Shown here piece by piece: positions 39,760-50,514 of a stretch of DNA of 57,395 nucleotides (position 1 is the stretch's first letter; every line of letters begins with the position of its first letter). The position numbers were made by a program, and so were the translations under genes. Origin of the DNA: Schleiferiaceae bacterium (GTDB lineage: Bacteria > Bacteroidota > Bacteroidia > Flavobacteriales > Schleiferiaceae); NCBI GenBank assembly GCA_029248145.1, contig JAQWJX010000061.1, forward strand, positions 1 to 57,395, written 5' to 3'. Under the pieces are notes generated by a model. That model saw only the letters and a list, made by a program, of their open reading frames with translations. It made no database searches and was not told the origin of the DNA.

Positions 39760-41976
39760 ATGACTACCAACGAGGATAAGGACAATAAACTAGTAGAAAG
39801 CGTATTCAACGATCTGTTGAACAGTATTGAATACAAGACCGATGAGGCTGATCAAAAGTTGATAAGGCGTGCATTCTCATTGGCTAAAGATGCGCATAAA
39901 GGCGTTCATCGTAAAAGCGGAGAGCCTTACATCACACATCCTATTTCGGTTGCACAGATAGTCGCAACTGAAATTGGTCTAGGCCCGACAAGTATAGCCA
40001 CTGCATTAATGCACGATGTAGTCGAAGATTCGGACTATACACTCGTGGATATCGAAGGTATGTTTAGTCCGAGCATTGCAAGACTCATTGACGGCCTTAC
40101 TAAAATCTCAGGTGTAGTCAGTATGGAAAGTAGCATGCAGCTTGAGAATTACAGGAAGATGTTGCTTACCATATCTGATGATGTAAGGGTAATTTTAATC
40201 AAGCTAGCAGACCGACTGCATAACATGCGTACGATGTCCGGCATGCCCGCTCATAAGCAACTAAAAATAGCATCGGAAACACTATTTATCTATGCGCCAC
40301 TGGCCCATAGATTAGGGTTGTTTAGTATTAAGACAGAATTAGAGGATATTTCTTTAAAGTACACAGAACCCGAGATTTTTGACGATATCAATAATCGAAT
40401 GGAACGTTTACAGCGTGAGGATTTTTCGTATCTAAATAAATTCGAGAGTAAGGTATTCGCAGAACTTTCTCAAGCGAACTTAACGTTCGAAATAAAGAAG
40501 CGAACAAAGAGCATCTATTCCATACGACGAAAAATGAAAAATCAGAACGTCAGCTTTGAACAGGTGTATGATAAATATGCGATTCGCATCATTCTTGAGG
40601 CCAATAATGATAAAGAAAAGGCCACATGTTGGCAGGCATACTCCATAGTAACGGAGAATTTTAGCCCCAACCCTGCTCGTTTACGTGACTGGATCAGCTC
40701 CCCTAAAAGTAACGGGTATGAATCGTTACACACCACCGTAATGGGTCCAGATGGACACTGGATCGAGGTTCAGATAAGGACGAGGCGAATGGATGACATT
40801 GCTGAGAACGGCTTCGCAGCGCATTGGAAATACAAAGAAGATAGCTCTGGAAGTAACCAATTAGATCGTTGGCTCCTACGCATACGTGAATTTCTCGATG
40901 ATCCTGAAAACGATAGCGAGGATTTTATCGATAACTTTAAGATGAATCTTTTTTCATCTGAAATTTTCGTCTTCACACCCAAAGGTGAAATGCTGACTCT
41001 TCCGAAGGGAGCAACAGCATTGGATTTTGCTTTTGATATACACACAGAGGTGGGTGCACATTGTCTGGGCACAAAAGTGAATGGAAAACTTATTCCTTTA
41101 AGCACTCCTCTTAAATCTGGTGATCAAATAGAGGTTTTGACTTCTGTAAAGCAAGAGCCTAAAGAAGATTGGTTAAGCTTTGTAAAAACCAGTAAAGCGA
41201 AACAACGCATTAAGCAAAGTTTAAAGAAAGAAAAGCAGTTGATCACAGGTCAGGGGCAATTTATTCTTGAACGCAAACTGAAAGTTCTCAAACTAAAAGC
41301 AACCCACAGTAACATTCATAAACTGGTCAATTTCTTTGGCTTAAAGAATCCTGAGGAATTATACTATAAAGTAGGTCTTGGTGTTATCGATAACGGTAAA
41401 CTGCGGGAATATGCGCGGGAAACTTCCGGTCTAGTCAACTATTTTAAGCAACGCATAGTCAAGAGCAACTATGCCAAGACCAAACTAGGTACTAAAACAG
41501 GGAAAACATCCTCCGATCATTTAATGCTTGTCTTTGATACAGATGAGCATGAAATGGACTATACGCTTGCAAAATGTTGCAATCCGTTACCGGGGGACAG
41601 AGTTTTTGGTTTTGTAACTACCGCTGATGGTTTGAAGGTGCATAGAGATGACTGTCCGAATGCAGTTTTACTCCAAAGTAGATTTGCAAATAGAACATTA
41701 AAAGCGAAATGGATAGATCGTAAAGGTGCATTTTCAACCATTAATTTGCTCATCAACGGAATGGATCGAATTGGTATAGTAAACGACGTTACAAAAGTGG
41801 TTTCTAACGATCTCAATATTAACATTAAGGCCATCTCTTTCAGCGTTGACGACGGGTTATTCACAGGTAAGTTAACCATCGAAGTCGCGGATAAATTGGG
41901 GTTAACGGACACTATTAACAATATCAAGAATTTAGAAGGGATTAGTAGTGTCTCTCGTGTAGGTAAATTCAATTGA
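39760..41976 (+). CDS. Bifunctional (p)ppGpp synthetase/hydrolase, RelA/SpoT family
   Basis: HD hydrolase domain ([16 protein letters not shown]...[10 protein letters not shown]). Synthetase motifs [21 protein letters not shown] and EVQIRT. TGS and C-terminal ACT-like domains. Confidence 0.9.
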   Translation: MTTNEDKDNKLVESVFNDLLNSIEYKTDEADQKLIRRAFSLAKDAHKGVHRKSGEPYITHPISVAQIVATEIGLGPTSIATALMHDVVEDSDYTLVDIEGMFSPSIARLIDGLTKISGVVSMESSMQLENYRKMLLTISDDVRVILIKLADRLHNMRTMSGMPAHKQLKIASETLFIYAPLAHRLGLFSIKTELEDISLKYTEPEIFDDINNRMERLQREDFSYLNKFESKVFAELSQANLTFEIKKRTKSIYSIRRKMKNQNVSFEQVYDKYAIRIILEANNDKEKATCWQAYSIVTENFSPNPARLRDWISSPKSNGYESLHTTVMGPDGHWIEVQIRTRRMDDIAENGFAAHWKYKEDSSGSNQLDRWLLRIREFLDDPENDSEDFIDNFKMNLFSSEIFVFTPKGEMLTLPKGATALDFAFDIHTEVGAHCLGTKVNGKLIPLSTPLKSGDQIEVLTSVKQEPKEDWLSFVKTSKAKQRIKQSLKKEKQLITGQGQFILERKLKVLKLKATHSNIHKLVNFFGLKNPEELYYKVGLGVIDNGKLREYARETSGLVNYFKQRIVKSNYAKTKLGTKTGKTSSDHLMLVFDTDEHEMDYTLAKCCNPLPGDRVFGFVTTADGLKVHRDDCPNAVLLQSRFANRTLKAKWIDRKGAFSTINLLINGMDRIGIVNDVTKVVSNDLNINIKAISFSVDDGLFTGKLTIEVADKLGLTDTINNIKNLEGISSVSRVGKFN

Positions 41977-42004
41977 TACAACGTACTTTAGCGTTTTACT
42001 TTTC

Positions 42005-42454
42005 ATGAGTACACAAGAAGCATACAATAAGGTAAAGGACGTATTTGGCCGCTATTTGGAAGAGCATAATCAACGCAAAACTCCAGAGCGGTTCGCTATT
42101 TTAAAGGAGATCTACGAAAATGACGACCACTTTGATGTGGAAACCCTGTACCTGAGTATGAAAAATAAGAACTATCGGGTTTCACGAGCAACCTTATACA
42201 ATACCATAGAGTTGCTTCTAACTTGTGGATTGGTGAGTAAGCACCAGTTTGGTCAGAATCAAAGTTTTTATGAGAAGTCCTATTTCAATAAACAACATGA
42301 TCATGTCATCTTAACGGATACCGGTGAGGTTTTCGAATTTTGTGATCCACGCATTCAAAATATCAAACAAACAATCGAAGAAATTTTTGGGGTAGAAGTA
42401 GAAAGCCACAGTCTTTACTTCTATGCTAAAAGAAAAGATTCGAGCAACAAATAA
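42005..42454 (+). CDS. Fur-family transcriptional repressor
   Basis: Winged-helix [13 protein letters not shown]...[15 protein letters not shown] and His-rich HDH. It lacks paired CxxC structural-zinc motifs. Confidence 0.7.
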   Translation: MSTQEAYNKVKDVFGRYLEEHNQRKTPERFAILKEIYENDDHFDVETLYLSMKNKNYRVSRATLYNTIELLLTCGLVSKHQFGQNQSFYEKSYFNKQHDHVILTDTGEVFEFCDPRIQNIKQTIEEIFGVEVESHSLYFYAKRKDSSNK

Positions 42455-42456
42455 TT

Positions 42457-43728
42457 ATGGCAGTAGATGTGCTTTTAGGTCTCCAATGGGGAGATGAAGG
42501 GAAAGGGAAAATAGTCGATGTATTGACACGTACGTACAATATTATCGCTCGCTTTCAAGGTGGGCCCAACGCAGGACACACTTTAGAATTTGAAGGCAAA
42601 AAGCACGTTTTACATACCATTCCCTCTGGAGTTTTTCACGAGAATGTGATGAATGTTGTTGGCAATGGTGTAGTCATTGACCCTGTGATTTTTAAAGTGG
42701 AATTAGACAAGCTTATTGACCAGGAACCACATGTATTGAGTAGATTAAAAATTAGTCGCAAAGCGCACTTGATTTTACCTACTCATCGCTTGTTAGATGC
42801 AGCGAGTGAAGCCGCAAAGGGTAAAAAGAAAATCGGTTCAACGTTAAAAGGTATTGGACCGACCTATATGGACAAAACAGGACGAAACGGTCTACGTGTT
42901 GGAGATATTCAGTTGGATAACTTTAGTGATCTATACAACGCATTAGTTGCCAAACATAAGCAGTTACTTACTGGGTATGAAGGATTTGAATATGATTTAG
43001 CATCCCTTGAAGCAGACTGGTTTGCGGCAGTAGAATACCTACGATCGCTCGATATTATCGACAGTGAACCCTATTTCCACGACGCTATAGCAGAAGGTCA
43101 AACCATACTGGCAGAAGGAGCGCAAGGAACGTTGCTCGATATTGATTTTGGCACCTACCCTTTTGTTACCTCTTCAAACACAACTTGTGCAGGAGCTTGC
43201 ACCGGTATGGGTATTGCCCCTAATAAGATCAGCAACGTCTACGGAATATTCAAAGCGTATTGTACTAGAGTCGGCTCCGGTCCTTTCCCGACAGAATTGT
43301 TTGAAGAAGTAGGAGCCACTATCCAGAAGAACGGTCACGAGTTTGGTGCAACAACGGGGCGTCCCAGAAGATGTGGTTGGTTAGATTTACCTGCATTGAA
43401 ATACGCAATCAACGTTAATGGCGTTACAGAGTTAATGATGATGAAAGGTGACGTTTTAAGTGGAATAGGTCCTATTAAAGTTTGTACTGCGTATAAGTAC
43501 AAAGGAAAGGTTGTAAAACACTTGCCATACAAGTTGCAAGAAGATTTAATAGAACCAATCTTTACAGAATTGCCCGGTTGGGATGAGGATCTAATGCAAA
43601 TGACGTCTGAAGATGTCTTCCCGCAAAGCTTTAGAGACTACATTTCATTTATCGAAGCGGAAGTCGGAGTCCCAATTACCCTAGTAAGCGTAGGTCCGGA
43701 TCGTGCGCAGACTATAATTAGAAACTAA
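42457..43728 (+). CDS. purA: Adenylosuccinate synthase
   Basis: QWGDEGKGK, GPNAGHT, GATTGRPRRCGW. Confidence 0.95.
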   Translation: MAVDVLLGLQWGDEGKGKIVDVLTRTYNIIARFQGGPNAGHTLEFEGKKHVLHTIPSGVFHENVMNVVGNGVVIDPVIFKVELDKLIDQEPHVLSRLKISRKAHLILPTHRLLDAASEAAKGKKKIGSTLKGIGPTYMDKTGRNGLRVGDIQLDNFSDLYNALVAKHKQLLTGYEGFEYDLASLEADWFAAVEYLRSLDIIDSEPYFHDAIAEGQTILAEGAQGTLLDIDFGTYPFVTSSNTTCAGACTGMGIAPNKISNVYGIFKAYCTRVGSGPFPTELFEEVGATIQKNGHEFGATTGRPRRCGWLDLPALKYAINVNGVTELMMMKGDVLSGIGPIKVCTAYKYKGKVVKHLPYKLQEDLIEPIFTELPGWDEDLMQMTSEDVFPQSFRDYISFIEAEVGVPITLVSVGPDRAQTIIRN

Positions 43729-45245
43729 TGAAAAAGGCCATGCTTATTTGTGTGGCTCTTTTTTTCTCTACCCCTAATACAGGGTGGGGTCAAACGAAAA
43801 TTCAAATTATTCGAAGCGATACAACCGATTTTATCAAAGGGGATAACGGCGCGCAAACGTATTATTTGAAAGGTAATGTAGCTCTAAGACAGGACGTTGC
43901 GTTAATGTATTGCGATTCTGCAGTTTTGTATCGTCCACAAAATACTTTTGAAGCATTTGGCAACATACGGGTAATACAAGCTGATACCGTGCTCATTACA
44001 GGGGAAGAATTAACGTATGAGGGCGATAAACGAACTTTTACTATTACAGATAATGTTGTTTTAAAGACTCCGTCATCTAAACTTGCCACTAAAGTCTTGA
44101 AGTACGATAGGAATACCTCTACAGCCTATTATCTCACCAGATCCACTCTAGAACGAAAAGAACTACGAATAACTTCCGATGTTGGGAATTACAATACAGA
44201 ATATGAAGTCGTACGGTTACGAGGAAATATAATTGCCGTTGATTCCGCCTTCAAAATGACTACTGATACTTTACTCTATAGTCCTAAGAAAAATAAATAC
44301 TCTTTCGCCGGACCAACAGAGCTCATTCGAGATAGCACAAAGCTGTTCTGCTCTAGGGGAACTTACTCCGCCGACTCTACTCTACTAGAATTGTATGATG
44401 GTGCGAAAATGATGGCCCCGAAACAGTATATAGAGGCAGATAGTCTTTATTACTTTTTAAATTCTGAAGATGGGACGTTGCATGGTAACGCCATGGTTGC
44501 GGACTCTGTAGAAGGATTTGTACTTAACAGTAGCTTCATCGATTATAAAAAAAGTCCAGTCTATGTAGATGCCTATCAACCGGTATTCTATAAACAAAGT
44601 ATGGACAATGACACCATTTACGCGAAGGGTGATCGCTTGGCCATACGGTCAGAATTAGACTCGAATAAAATAGTTCATTTGTACGGTGAGACGTCTTTTT
44701 TTAGTTCTGATTTTCAAGGCATCAGCCCTAACTTCTTATATCAAGAAGGTGCAGAAGAATTAGCGCTCTACCCCTATCCCACCTTGTGGAGCGGGAATAG
44801 TGAATTTGGAGCCGACTCTACAGCATTGAAATTAAAAGCAGACGAATTAGACAGTTTGTTCATGCTTAATAATGTAACTATAACTACAGCAACAAAGGAC
44901 TCCTCATACTTTGATCAAACTACCGGGACTAAGCTAAAAGGGAATTTTTTAGACAATGCTTTGAAAACTGTCCGTATCGACGGAAATGCGCAAGCGCTGC
45001 TTCATAACGTGAGCGAAGAAGGCAGCATTGAAGGATTGAACAAGAGCAGTTGTTCTTGGATGAAGATTGTATTTCAGGAAGATGCATTAAAGCGAATAAG
45101 AATGGCTCGTGACGTGGAGGCTGCCTATACACCGAAGAAATCAGCCGTTCCCGAGTGGTTACCCGGTTGTCAGCCCGCTTTTGAGCTTCGACCTAATAAA
45201 TCGTCCCTTACTTTGCCTGTTACTCCCGCTCCAGAACAGCCTTGA
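43728..45245 (+). CDS. OstA/LptA-like beta-jellyroll repeat protein, secreted
   Basis: Signal peptide. Repeated GNV...a.D....y pattern (LKGNVALRQDVALMYCDSAVLY...AFGNIRVIQ) is typical of OstA_N-like folds. Confidence 0.5.
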   Translation: MKKAMLICVALFFSTPNTGWGQTKIQIIRSDTTDFIKGDNGAQTYYLKGNVALRQDVALMYCDSAVLYRPQNTFEAFGNIRVIQADTVLITGEELTYEGDKRTFTITDNVVLKTPSSKLATKVLKYDRNTSTAYYLTRSTLERKELRITSDVGNYNTEYEVVRLRGNIIAVDSAFKMTTDTLLYSPKKNKYSFAGPTELIRDSTKLFCSRGTYSADSTLLELYDGAKMMAPKQYIEADSLYYFLNSEDGTLHGNAMVADSVEGFVLNSSFIDYKKSPVYVDAYQPVFYKQSMDNDTIYAKGDRLAIRSELDSNKIVHLYGETSFFSSDFQGISPNFLYQEGAEELALYPYPTLWSGNSEFGADSTALKLKADELDSLFMLNNVTITTATKDSSYFDQTTGTKLKGNFLDNALKTVRIDGNAQALLHNVSEEGSIEGLNKSSCSWMKIVFQEDALKRIRMARDVEAAYTPKKSAVPEWLPGCQPAFELRPNKSSLTLPVTPAPEQP

Positions 45246-45609
45246 TATCTGGTTTAAAATAAGAAGGGCCTTTCATCACCTTACCGTCCGCTCTGTAGAT
45301 AGGTTTGCCATCCGCCCCTAGTTTACTCATGTTACTTGCTTGAATTTCTTCAAAAACCTCTTCGATGATGTGCTGCATTCCATGACTTAATATAGTCCCA
45401 CAAAGGATGTACATCATATCACCTAAGGCATCTGCAACTTCCACGGTATCCCCTTCCATCGCCGCTTCGAGATACTCTTCGTTTTCTTCCGCCATCAAGC
45501 GGTGTCTTAAGGCAATAATCTCTTGAGAAACTACAGCATTTGGAGTATATTCATTAGGTATTCCAAAGGTATCGTGGAACTTTTCTACATGTTTGATCTG
45601 TTTCTGCAT
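45220..45609 (-). CDS. MazG-like nucleoside triphosphate pyrophosphohydrolase family protein
   Basis: All-alpha 129 aa with EENEEYLEA...E...DALGD metal-binding acidic motifs (EExxE...DxxxD). Confidence 0.6.
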   Translation of the reverse strand: MQKQIKHVEKFHDTFGIPNEYTPNAVVSQEIIALRHRLMAEENEEYLEAAMEGDTVEVADALGDMMYILCGTILSHGMQHIIEEVFEEIQASNMSKLGADGKPIYRADGKVMKGPSYFKPDIKAVLERE

Positions 45610-45649
45610 GTCATGCTTTTTTTGAACGATTGCATTGTAAATTTACAAC

Positions 45650-45841
45650 ATGGAAAACATTACAACGGGACATTGGATATTTGCGGGAATATTTTCGATT
45701 TCATTTTTGATTTATCTCTTCATCAGTTACCGAAAAGATCTGCAATTGCACAAGATTCATTATAAAAGTAGTGGTATTCAGGTTATGCTACTTATCGTCA
45801 TTACCCTGTTTGTTTTGTTTGTTTTCAAGCGTCTAATGTAG
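45650..45841 (+). CDS. Small two-TM membrane protein (63 aa), hypothetical
   Basis: Two clear hydrophobic helices. It fills an otherwise empty spacer. No homolog recognised. Confidence 0.4.
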   Translation: MENITTGHWIFAGIFSISFLIYLFISYRKDLQLHKIHYKSSGIQVMLLIVITLFVLFVFKRLM

Positions 45842-45855
45842 CGCCGATTCTGTCG

Positions 45856-45863
45856 TATATTTG
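45856..45863 (+). promoter_or_regulatory. Candidate -7 promoter box TATATTTG for the E1 dehydrogenase gene
   Basis: Matches TAnnTTTG 26 nt upstream of the ATG at 45890. Confidence 0.4.
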
Positions 45864-45889
45864 CAAAGAGTTTAACTCAACCCTATCGC

Positions 45890-48286
45890 ATGACAGAGAA
45901 GCAAAAAAAAGAAATCAGTTACCAGGAGTATAAGACCGAAGTACTCCAAGACTATAAGACCGCAGTTTTATCGCGTGAATGCTCATTAATGGGGCGTCGC
46001 GAAGTACTTACAGGTAAGGCTAAGTTTGGGATTTTTGGTGCTGGAAAAGAATTAGCTCAGATCGCATGGGCAAAGGCCTTTGAGAAAGGTGATTTCAGGA
46101 GCGGTTATTATAGAGACCAAACATTTATGATGGCTCTAGGTGAAATGGATGCTAAACGCTTTTTCACCTCCCTTTACGCTGTTACTGATGTCAGGGAAGA
46201 ACCTATGGCAGGTGGTCGTCAAATGAACGGCCATTTTGCGACCAGATCACTTGATGAAAACGGCGATTGGGTAAATCTTACTGAACAATACAATAGCTCC
46301 TCTGACATAAGCCCAACCGCTGGACAAATGCCGCGATTATTAGGTTTAGCACAAGCTTCTAAAGTGTACAAGGATATTTCTTTCGAGGGAAGCGATAAAT
46401 TTTCCAACAAGGGAAAGGAAGTTGCTTGGGGAACTATAGGTAATGCCTCCACTTCTGAAGGTCTCTTTTTCGAAACTATAAATGCCGCAGGGGTTTTACA
46501 GGTCCCTATGGTCATCTCAGTTTGGGACGACGAATACGGTATTTCAGTGGGTGCGGAATATCAAACCACTAAGCAAGATATAAGCGAGATTCTCAAGGGA
46601 TTTCAGCGTGATGAAAAAGGAAATGGCTACGATATTTTTGTAGTAGAAGCCTGGGACTACCCCGCACTAATAAATACATTTTTACATGCTGGACGTGTGG
46701 CACGTGAGGAACATGTTCCAGTGATGATTCACGTAAAAGGTATGACGCAGCCACAAGGACACAGTACGTCTGGATCACACGAACGCTATAAAAGTGAAGA
46801 GCGTTTACAATGGGAGAAAGATTTCGACTGCATCTTAAAATTCGGCGAATGGATCATAGCACATGAAGTAGCCGGTCAAGAAGAATTGGACGCAATAACG
46901 AAGGAAGCTAAAAAGCTTGCTCGTGAGGGGAAGAAAGAGGCCTGGAGCATTTATCAGAGTCATCCCATTCGATTAAAAAACGAAGTCATACCGTTATTAA
47001 AAGCCATTCAAACACAAGGGGAAAAAGGCATCTTTATAACCAATACCATAAAGGAACTGGAGTCTCACGAGGATTTAGAGGTTGCACATTCATTTAAAGC
47101 AGTTCGCAAAGCATTACGAATGGTTAGTGGAGACCGTGCTATAGATGTAGCTCCGCTAAAAAGTTGGTTAAATAAAGAAGAAGCTGTTCAACGCGAACGC
47201 TACAGTTCGCATCTCTACAGCGTGCAATCTGAGTCGGCATTGCTTGATTATACACCAGTTGAGTACGCTACTCAAGAACTTGTGGATGCCCGCATTATAC
47301 TCAGGGATAATTTTGACGCTCTCTTTACTAAGTACCCTGAAGCAATGGTCTTCGGTGAAGATTCAGGCAAAATTGGCGATGTAAATCAAGGCCTAGAAGG
47401 AATGCAGGCGAAATATGGTGAGACAAGAGTACAGGATGCTGGAATTCGTGAAGCAACGATTATGGGGCAAGGCATTGGTCTAGCTATGCGTGGATTACGC
47501 CCTATTGCTGAAATTCAGTATTTAGACTATTTGCTCTATGCCCTTCAAATCATGTCCGATGATTTGGCAACAGTCCACTACCGCACCGTAGGTGGTCAGA
47601 AAGCGCCAACCATTGTTCGAACTCGTGGACATAGACTAGAAGGTATTTGGCATTCTGGATCTCCAATGGGTACGATTATTAATACAATCAAGGGAATGTA
47701 TGTTCTCGTCCCTAGAAACATGACAAAAGCTGCTGGATTCTACAATAAGCTGATGCAGCTTGATAATCCAGCCCTCGTCATTGAGTGTTTAAATGGGTAT
47801 AGAAGAAAAGAAACGTTGCCTTCTAACTTGGCTGAATTTACAGTACCTATTGGTGAAGTAGAGATCATGCAAGAAGGAACCGACATCACCCTTGTTACGT
47901 ATGGTTCGAACTGTACAATAGCCACAGCTGCTGTACAAGAACTTTCAAGCATGGGAATAAGTATTGAATTGATTGATATTCAATCTCTTATTCCGTTTGA
48001 CTTAAACCATGATATAGTAGTAAGTTTAATGAAAACTAATACTTTGGTTATTCTTGATGAAGACGTTCGTGGTGGTGCCTCAGCGTTCTTATTACAGCAT
48101 ATTTTAGAGGATCAAAAAGGATACCAATATCTTGACGGTGCTCCCTTAACGATTACCTCTAAAGATCATCGTCCAGCTTTTGCTTCTGACGGCGATTACT
48201 TTTCTAAACCGTCTCATGACGACATAGTGGAGCAATTATATGCGGTAATGCATGAAAAAAACCCTGAGCTATATCCTTCGATTTAA
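45890..48286 (+). CDS. Fused alpha/beta E1 component of a 2-oxo acid dehydrogenase (TPP-dependent)
   Basis: 798 aa. The N half is E1-alpha-like. The C half is E1-beta/transketolase-pyrimidine-binding-like (GEDSGKIGDVNQG, IREATIMGQGIGLAMRGLRP) with a C-terminal transketolase_C-like domain. Confidence 0.8.
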   Translation: MTEKQKKEISYQEYKTEVLQDYKTAVLSRECSLMGRREVLTGKAKFGIFGAGKELAQIAWAKAFEKGDFRSGYYRDQTFMMALGEMDAKRFFTSLYAVTDVREEPMAGGRQMNGHFATRSLDENGDWVNLTEQYNSSSDISPTAGQMPRLLGLAQASKVYKDISFEGSDKFSNKGKEVAWGTIGNASTSEGLFFETINAAGVLQVPMVISVWDDEYGISVGAEYQTTKQDISEILKGFQRDEKGNGYDIFVVEAWDYPALINTFLHAGRVAREEHVPVMIHVKGMTQPQGHSTSGSHERYKSEERLQWEKDFDCILKFGEWIIAHEVAGQEELDAITKEAKKLAREGKKEAWSIYQSHPIRLKNEVIPLLKAIQTQGEKGIFITNTIKELESHEDLEVAHSFKAVRKALRMVSGDRAIDVAPLKSWLNKEEAVQRERYSSHLYSVQSESALLDYTPVEYATQELVDARIILRDNFDALFTKYPEAMVFGEDSGKIGDVNQGLEGMQAKYGETRVQDAGIREATIMGQGIGLAMRGLRPIAEIQYLDYLLYALQIMSDDLATVHYRTVGGQKAPTIVRTRGHRLEGIWHSGSPMGTIINTIKGMYVLVPRNMTKAAGFYNKLMQLDNPALVIECLNGYRRKETLPSNLAEFTVPIGEVEIMQEGTDITLVTYGSNCTIATAAVQELSSMGISIELIDIQSLIPFDLNHDIVVSLMKTNTLVILDEDVRGGASAFLLQHILEDQKGYQYLDGAPLTITSKDHRPAFASDGDYFSKPSHDDIVEQLYAVMHEKNPELYPSI

Positions 48287-49500
48287 TGGCCACACCTAAG
48301 CTTTTCCCGAATATAGTTGCAGGAGTATTAGAAGCACTTGAAATGTCATTTGGAAAAGGTCTCTATGCTGATAAGGTTGTAGAGCGCTTGCTGCGTCAAA
48401 ATAAAAAGTGGGGATCACGTGATCGCAGTTTTGTTGCAGAACATACCTATGAAATGGTTCGATGGTGGGCATTGCTTTGGGGTCTGTTGGGACAGGAACC
48501 CACTACGAAAAGAAAAGATCTTCAAAAACTTTTTGGCGTTTACTGGCTTTGGCGAGGCTTTGAGCTTCCAGATTGGCCTAAGTTTGACGCTGTTAGAGGT
48601 ATTGCTATAGAAGAGCGTTTAAATGCTTTAAATGGAACGGCAACGCTTGAAAGCTATGCCCATTGGTTTGATGCCGAGGCTAGAAAACAATTGGGTACAA
48701 AATGGGATTCAATAGCGAAGGCAATGAACATACCGAATGCGGTTAATCTTCGTGTTAACACTTTGAAGGCCAGCGAGGAAAATGTGCTTATCGAATTAAA
48801 AAATGCAGGATTAGAGGTTCAGCCTCACCCAGTCTTTGACAAAGCGTTAGTATTGAAAGGAAGACCACGTCTTAATAACCTAGAAGGGTTTAAAACAGGA
48901 AAATTCGAAGTACAAGATGCTGGCTCTCAGTCCATAGCTCCTTTTCTCAATCCTAGACCAGGCTCTACTGTTATAGATGCATGCGCAGGCGCAGGCGGTA
49001 AAACACTCCACCTAGGTGCTTTGATGAAAAATAACGGTAAGCTCATTGCCATGGATGTGGAAGGCCGCAAACTAGGTGAACTATTAAAACGAACACAACG
49101 AAGCGGATTAACGATAGTTAAAACGAGAGCTTGGGAAGAAGCTGGTGTTTTGGACGAATTATCGAACAGTGCGGATTATCTTTTGCTAGATGTTCCATGT
49201 TCTGGCTCCGGTGTTATAAAGCGTGAACCAGATACGAAATGGAAGCTACAGCCAGAGCATTTAGATCGATTAGAATCGGTCCAATTCAGTATAATCCGTG
49301 ATTATTCCCGCGTACTGAAAATAGACGGAATCATGGTTTATGCCACTTGTAGTATTCTACCTAAAGAAAATCGCCTTCAAGTCGATGCTTTTCTAGCTCA
49401 TCCTGCAGGCGCCCAATTTGAGTTGTTAGAAGACCGGACCGTAGATCCATCAGATCATAATGATGGCTTTTATATGGCCCGATTAAAAAAGCTCGCATGA
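48286..49500 (+). CDS. RsmB/NOP-family class I SAM-dependent RNA cytosine-C5 methyltransferase
   Basis: DACAGAGGKT, LDVPCSGSGV and YATCS (two catalytic Cys motifs). Confidence 0.85.
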   Translation: MATPKLFPNIVAGVLEALEMSFGKGLYADKVVERLLRQNKKWGSRDRSFVAEHTYEMVRWWALLWGLLGQEPTTKRKDLQKLFGVYWLWRGFELPDWPKFDAVRGIAIEERLNALNGTATLESYAHWFDAEARKQLGTKWDSIAKAMNIPNAVNLRVNTLKASEENVLIELKNAGLEVQPHPVFDKALVLKGRPRLNNLEGFKTGKFEVQDAGSQSIAPFLNPRPGSTVIDACAGAGGKTLHLGALMKNNGKLIAMDVEGRKLGELLKRTQRSGLTIVKTRAWEEAGVLDELSNSADYLLLDVPCSGSGVIKREPDTKWKLQPEHLDRLESVQFSIIRDYSRVLKIDGIMVYATCSILPKENRLQVDAFLAHPAGAQFELLEDRTVDPSDHNDGFYMARLKKLA

Positions 49501-50309
49501 AGACCACTGAATCCAACTCACTTTATGACGGCCTTGAGCACATGAGTGCCCTAGAATTGGCTCAAGGAATTAATGCTGAGGATGCTAAAGTTACAGCTGC
49601 AGTCGCTACTAAAATTTCAGAAATCAGTTCTTTTGTGGAAGCCCTCGTCGATCGCATGAAAAACGGTGGCCGATTATTCTATATCGGAGCAGGAACGTCT
49701 GGTAGATTAGGCATATTAGATGCAAGTGAGTGTCCACCAACCTTTGGAGTCAACCACGAAACAGTGATAGGTCTTATCGCAGGAGGTGATTCCGCAATTC
49801 GTAAAGCTGTTGAGCATGCGGAAGACGATTGGAATGGTGCGTGGAAGGATTTATCTCCTTATGCGCTTTCAGAGAATGACACAGTCGTTGGTATCGCAGC
49901 GAGTGGTACGACTCCTTATGTTATCGGCGGAGTTAAACAAGCGCGACTCGAAGGGTTACTTACCGCTTGTATAACGTGTAATGCGGGTTCTTCACTAGCA
50001 CAGGCTGTAGAACATGCTATAGAGGTAGTCGTTGGTCCTGAATTTGTTACAGGCTCTACTCGAATGAAGAGTGGTACCGCACAAAAGATGGTATTAAATA
50101 TGATTTCTACGAGTGCGATGATATTATTAGGCAAGGTAGAAGGAAATAAAATGGTGGATATGCAGCTTTCCAATGCTAAGCTAGTTGAGCGTGGTGCTCG
50201 AATGATCGTAGAATCTACCGAGGTTACACTAGAATATGCTGAAATGATGCTGTTAAAACATGGAAGTGTGCGTACAGCAATACATGCAATACAAACTACT
50301 CATGAGTAA
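49497..50309 (+). CDS. murQ: N-acetylmuramic acid 6-phosphate etherase
   Basis: SIS domain GAGTSGRLG, PPTFG and GSTRMKSGTAQK. Confidence 0.9.
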   Translation: MKTTESNSLYDGLEHMSALELAQGINAEDAKVTAAVATKISEISSFVEALVDRMKNGGRLFYIGAGTSGRLGILDASECPPTFGVNHETVIGLIAGGDSAIRKAVEHAEDDWNGAWKDLSPYALSENDTVVGIAASGTTPYVIGGVKQARLEGLLTACITCNAGSSLAQAVEHAIEVVVGPEFVTGSTRMKSGTAQKMVLNMISTSAMILLGKVEGNKMVDMQLSNAKLVERGARMIVESTEVTLEYAEMMLLKHGSVRTAIHAIQTTHE

Positions 50310-50514
50310 GAGTAATCAAGATCATATAGTCGCCGGCTTATTTAAATTGGCCTGGTCCTTTCCCTTTATTTTTGCTGGTCCAGCCTTATTTATAGGAAAA
50401 GGCACATCAGGAGCGTGGTACTGGACCGCGTTGTCTATACTATTGATGCTGAGCGGTGCCATCCTGGTAGTGCTGGGTTTGCGGCAAATCCTTCGCGGTT
50501 TCTTCGGTGACTAA
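50302..50514 (+). CDS. Small two-TM membrane protein (70 aa), hypothetical
   Basis: I chose the ATG at 50302, which overlaps the murQ stop by 8 nt. Two hydrophobic helices. Confidence 0.45.
   Translation: MSKSNQDHIVAGLFKLAWSFPFIFAGPALFIGKGTSGAWYWTALSILLMLSGAILVVLGLRQILRGFFGD

Noticed and set aside
40770-41981. Antisense ORFs of 111 and 140 aa within the rel gene
   Set aside because: These are shadow ORFs inside a complete RelA/SpoT gene, with no independent signals.
45901-45909. A8/T8 homopolymer runs (also near 30586-30593 and 57173-57180) as possible phase-variation tracts
   Set aside because: All of them encode Lys-rich segments in frame within intact ORFs of housekeeping or conserved genes. 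No frameshifted copies or contingency-gene context were seen.
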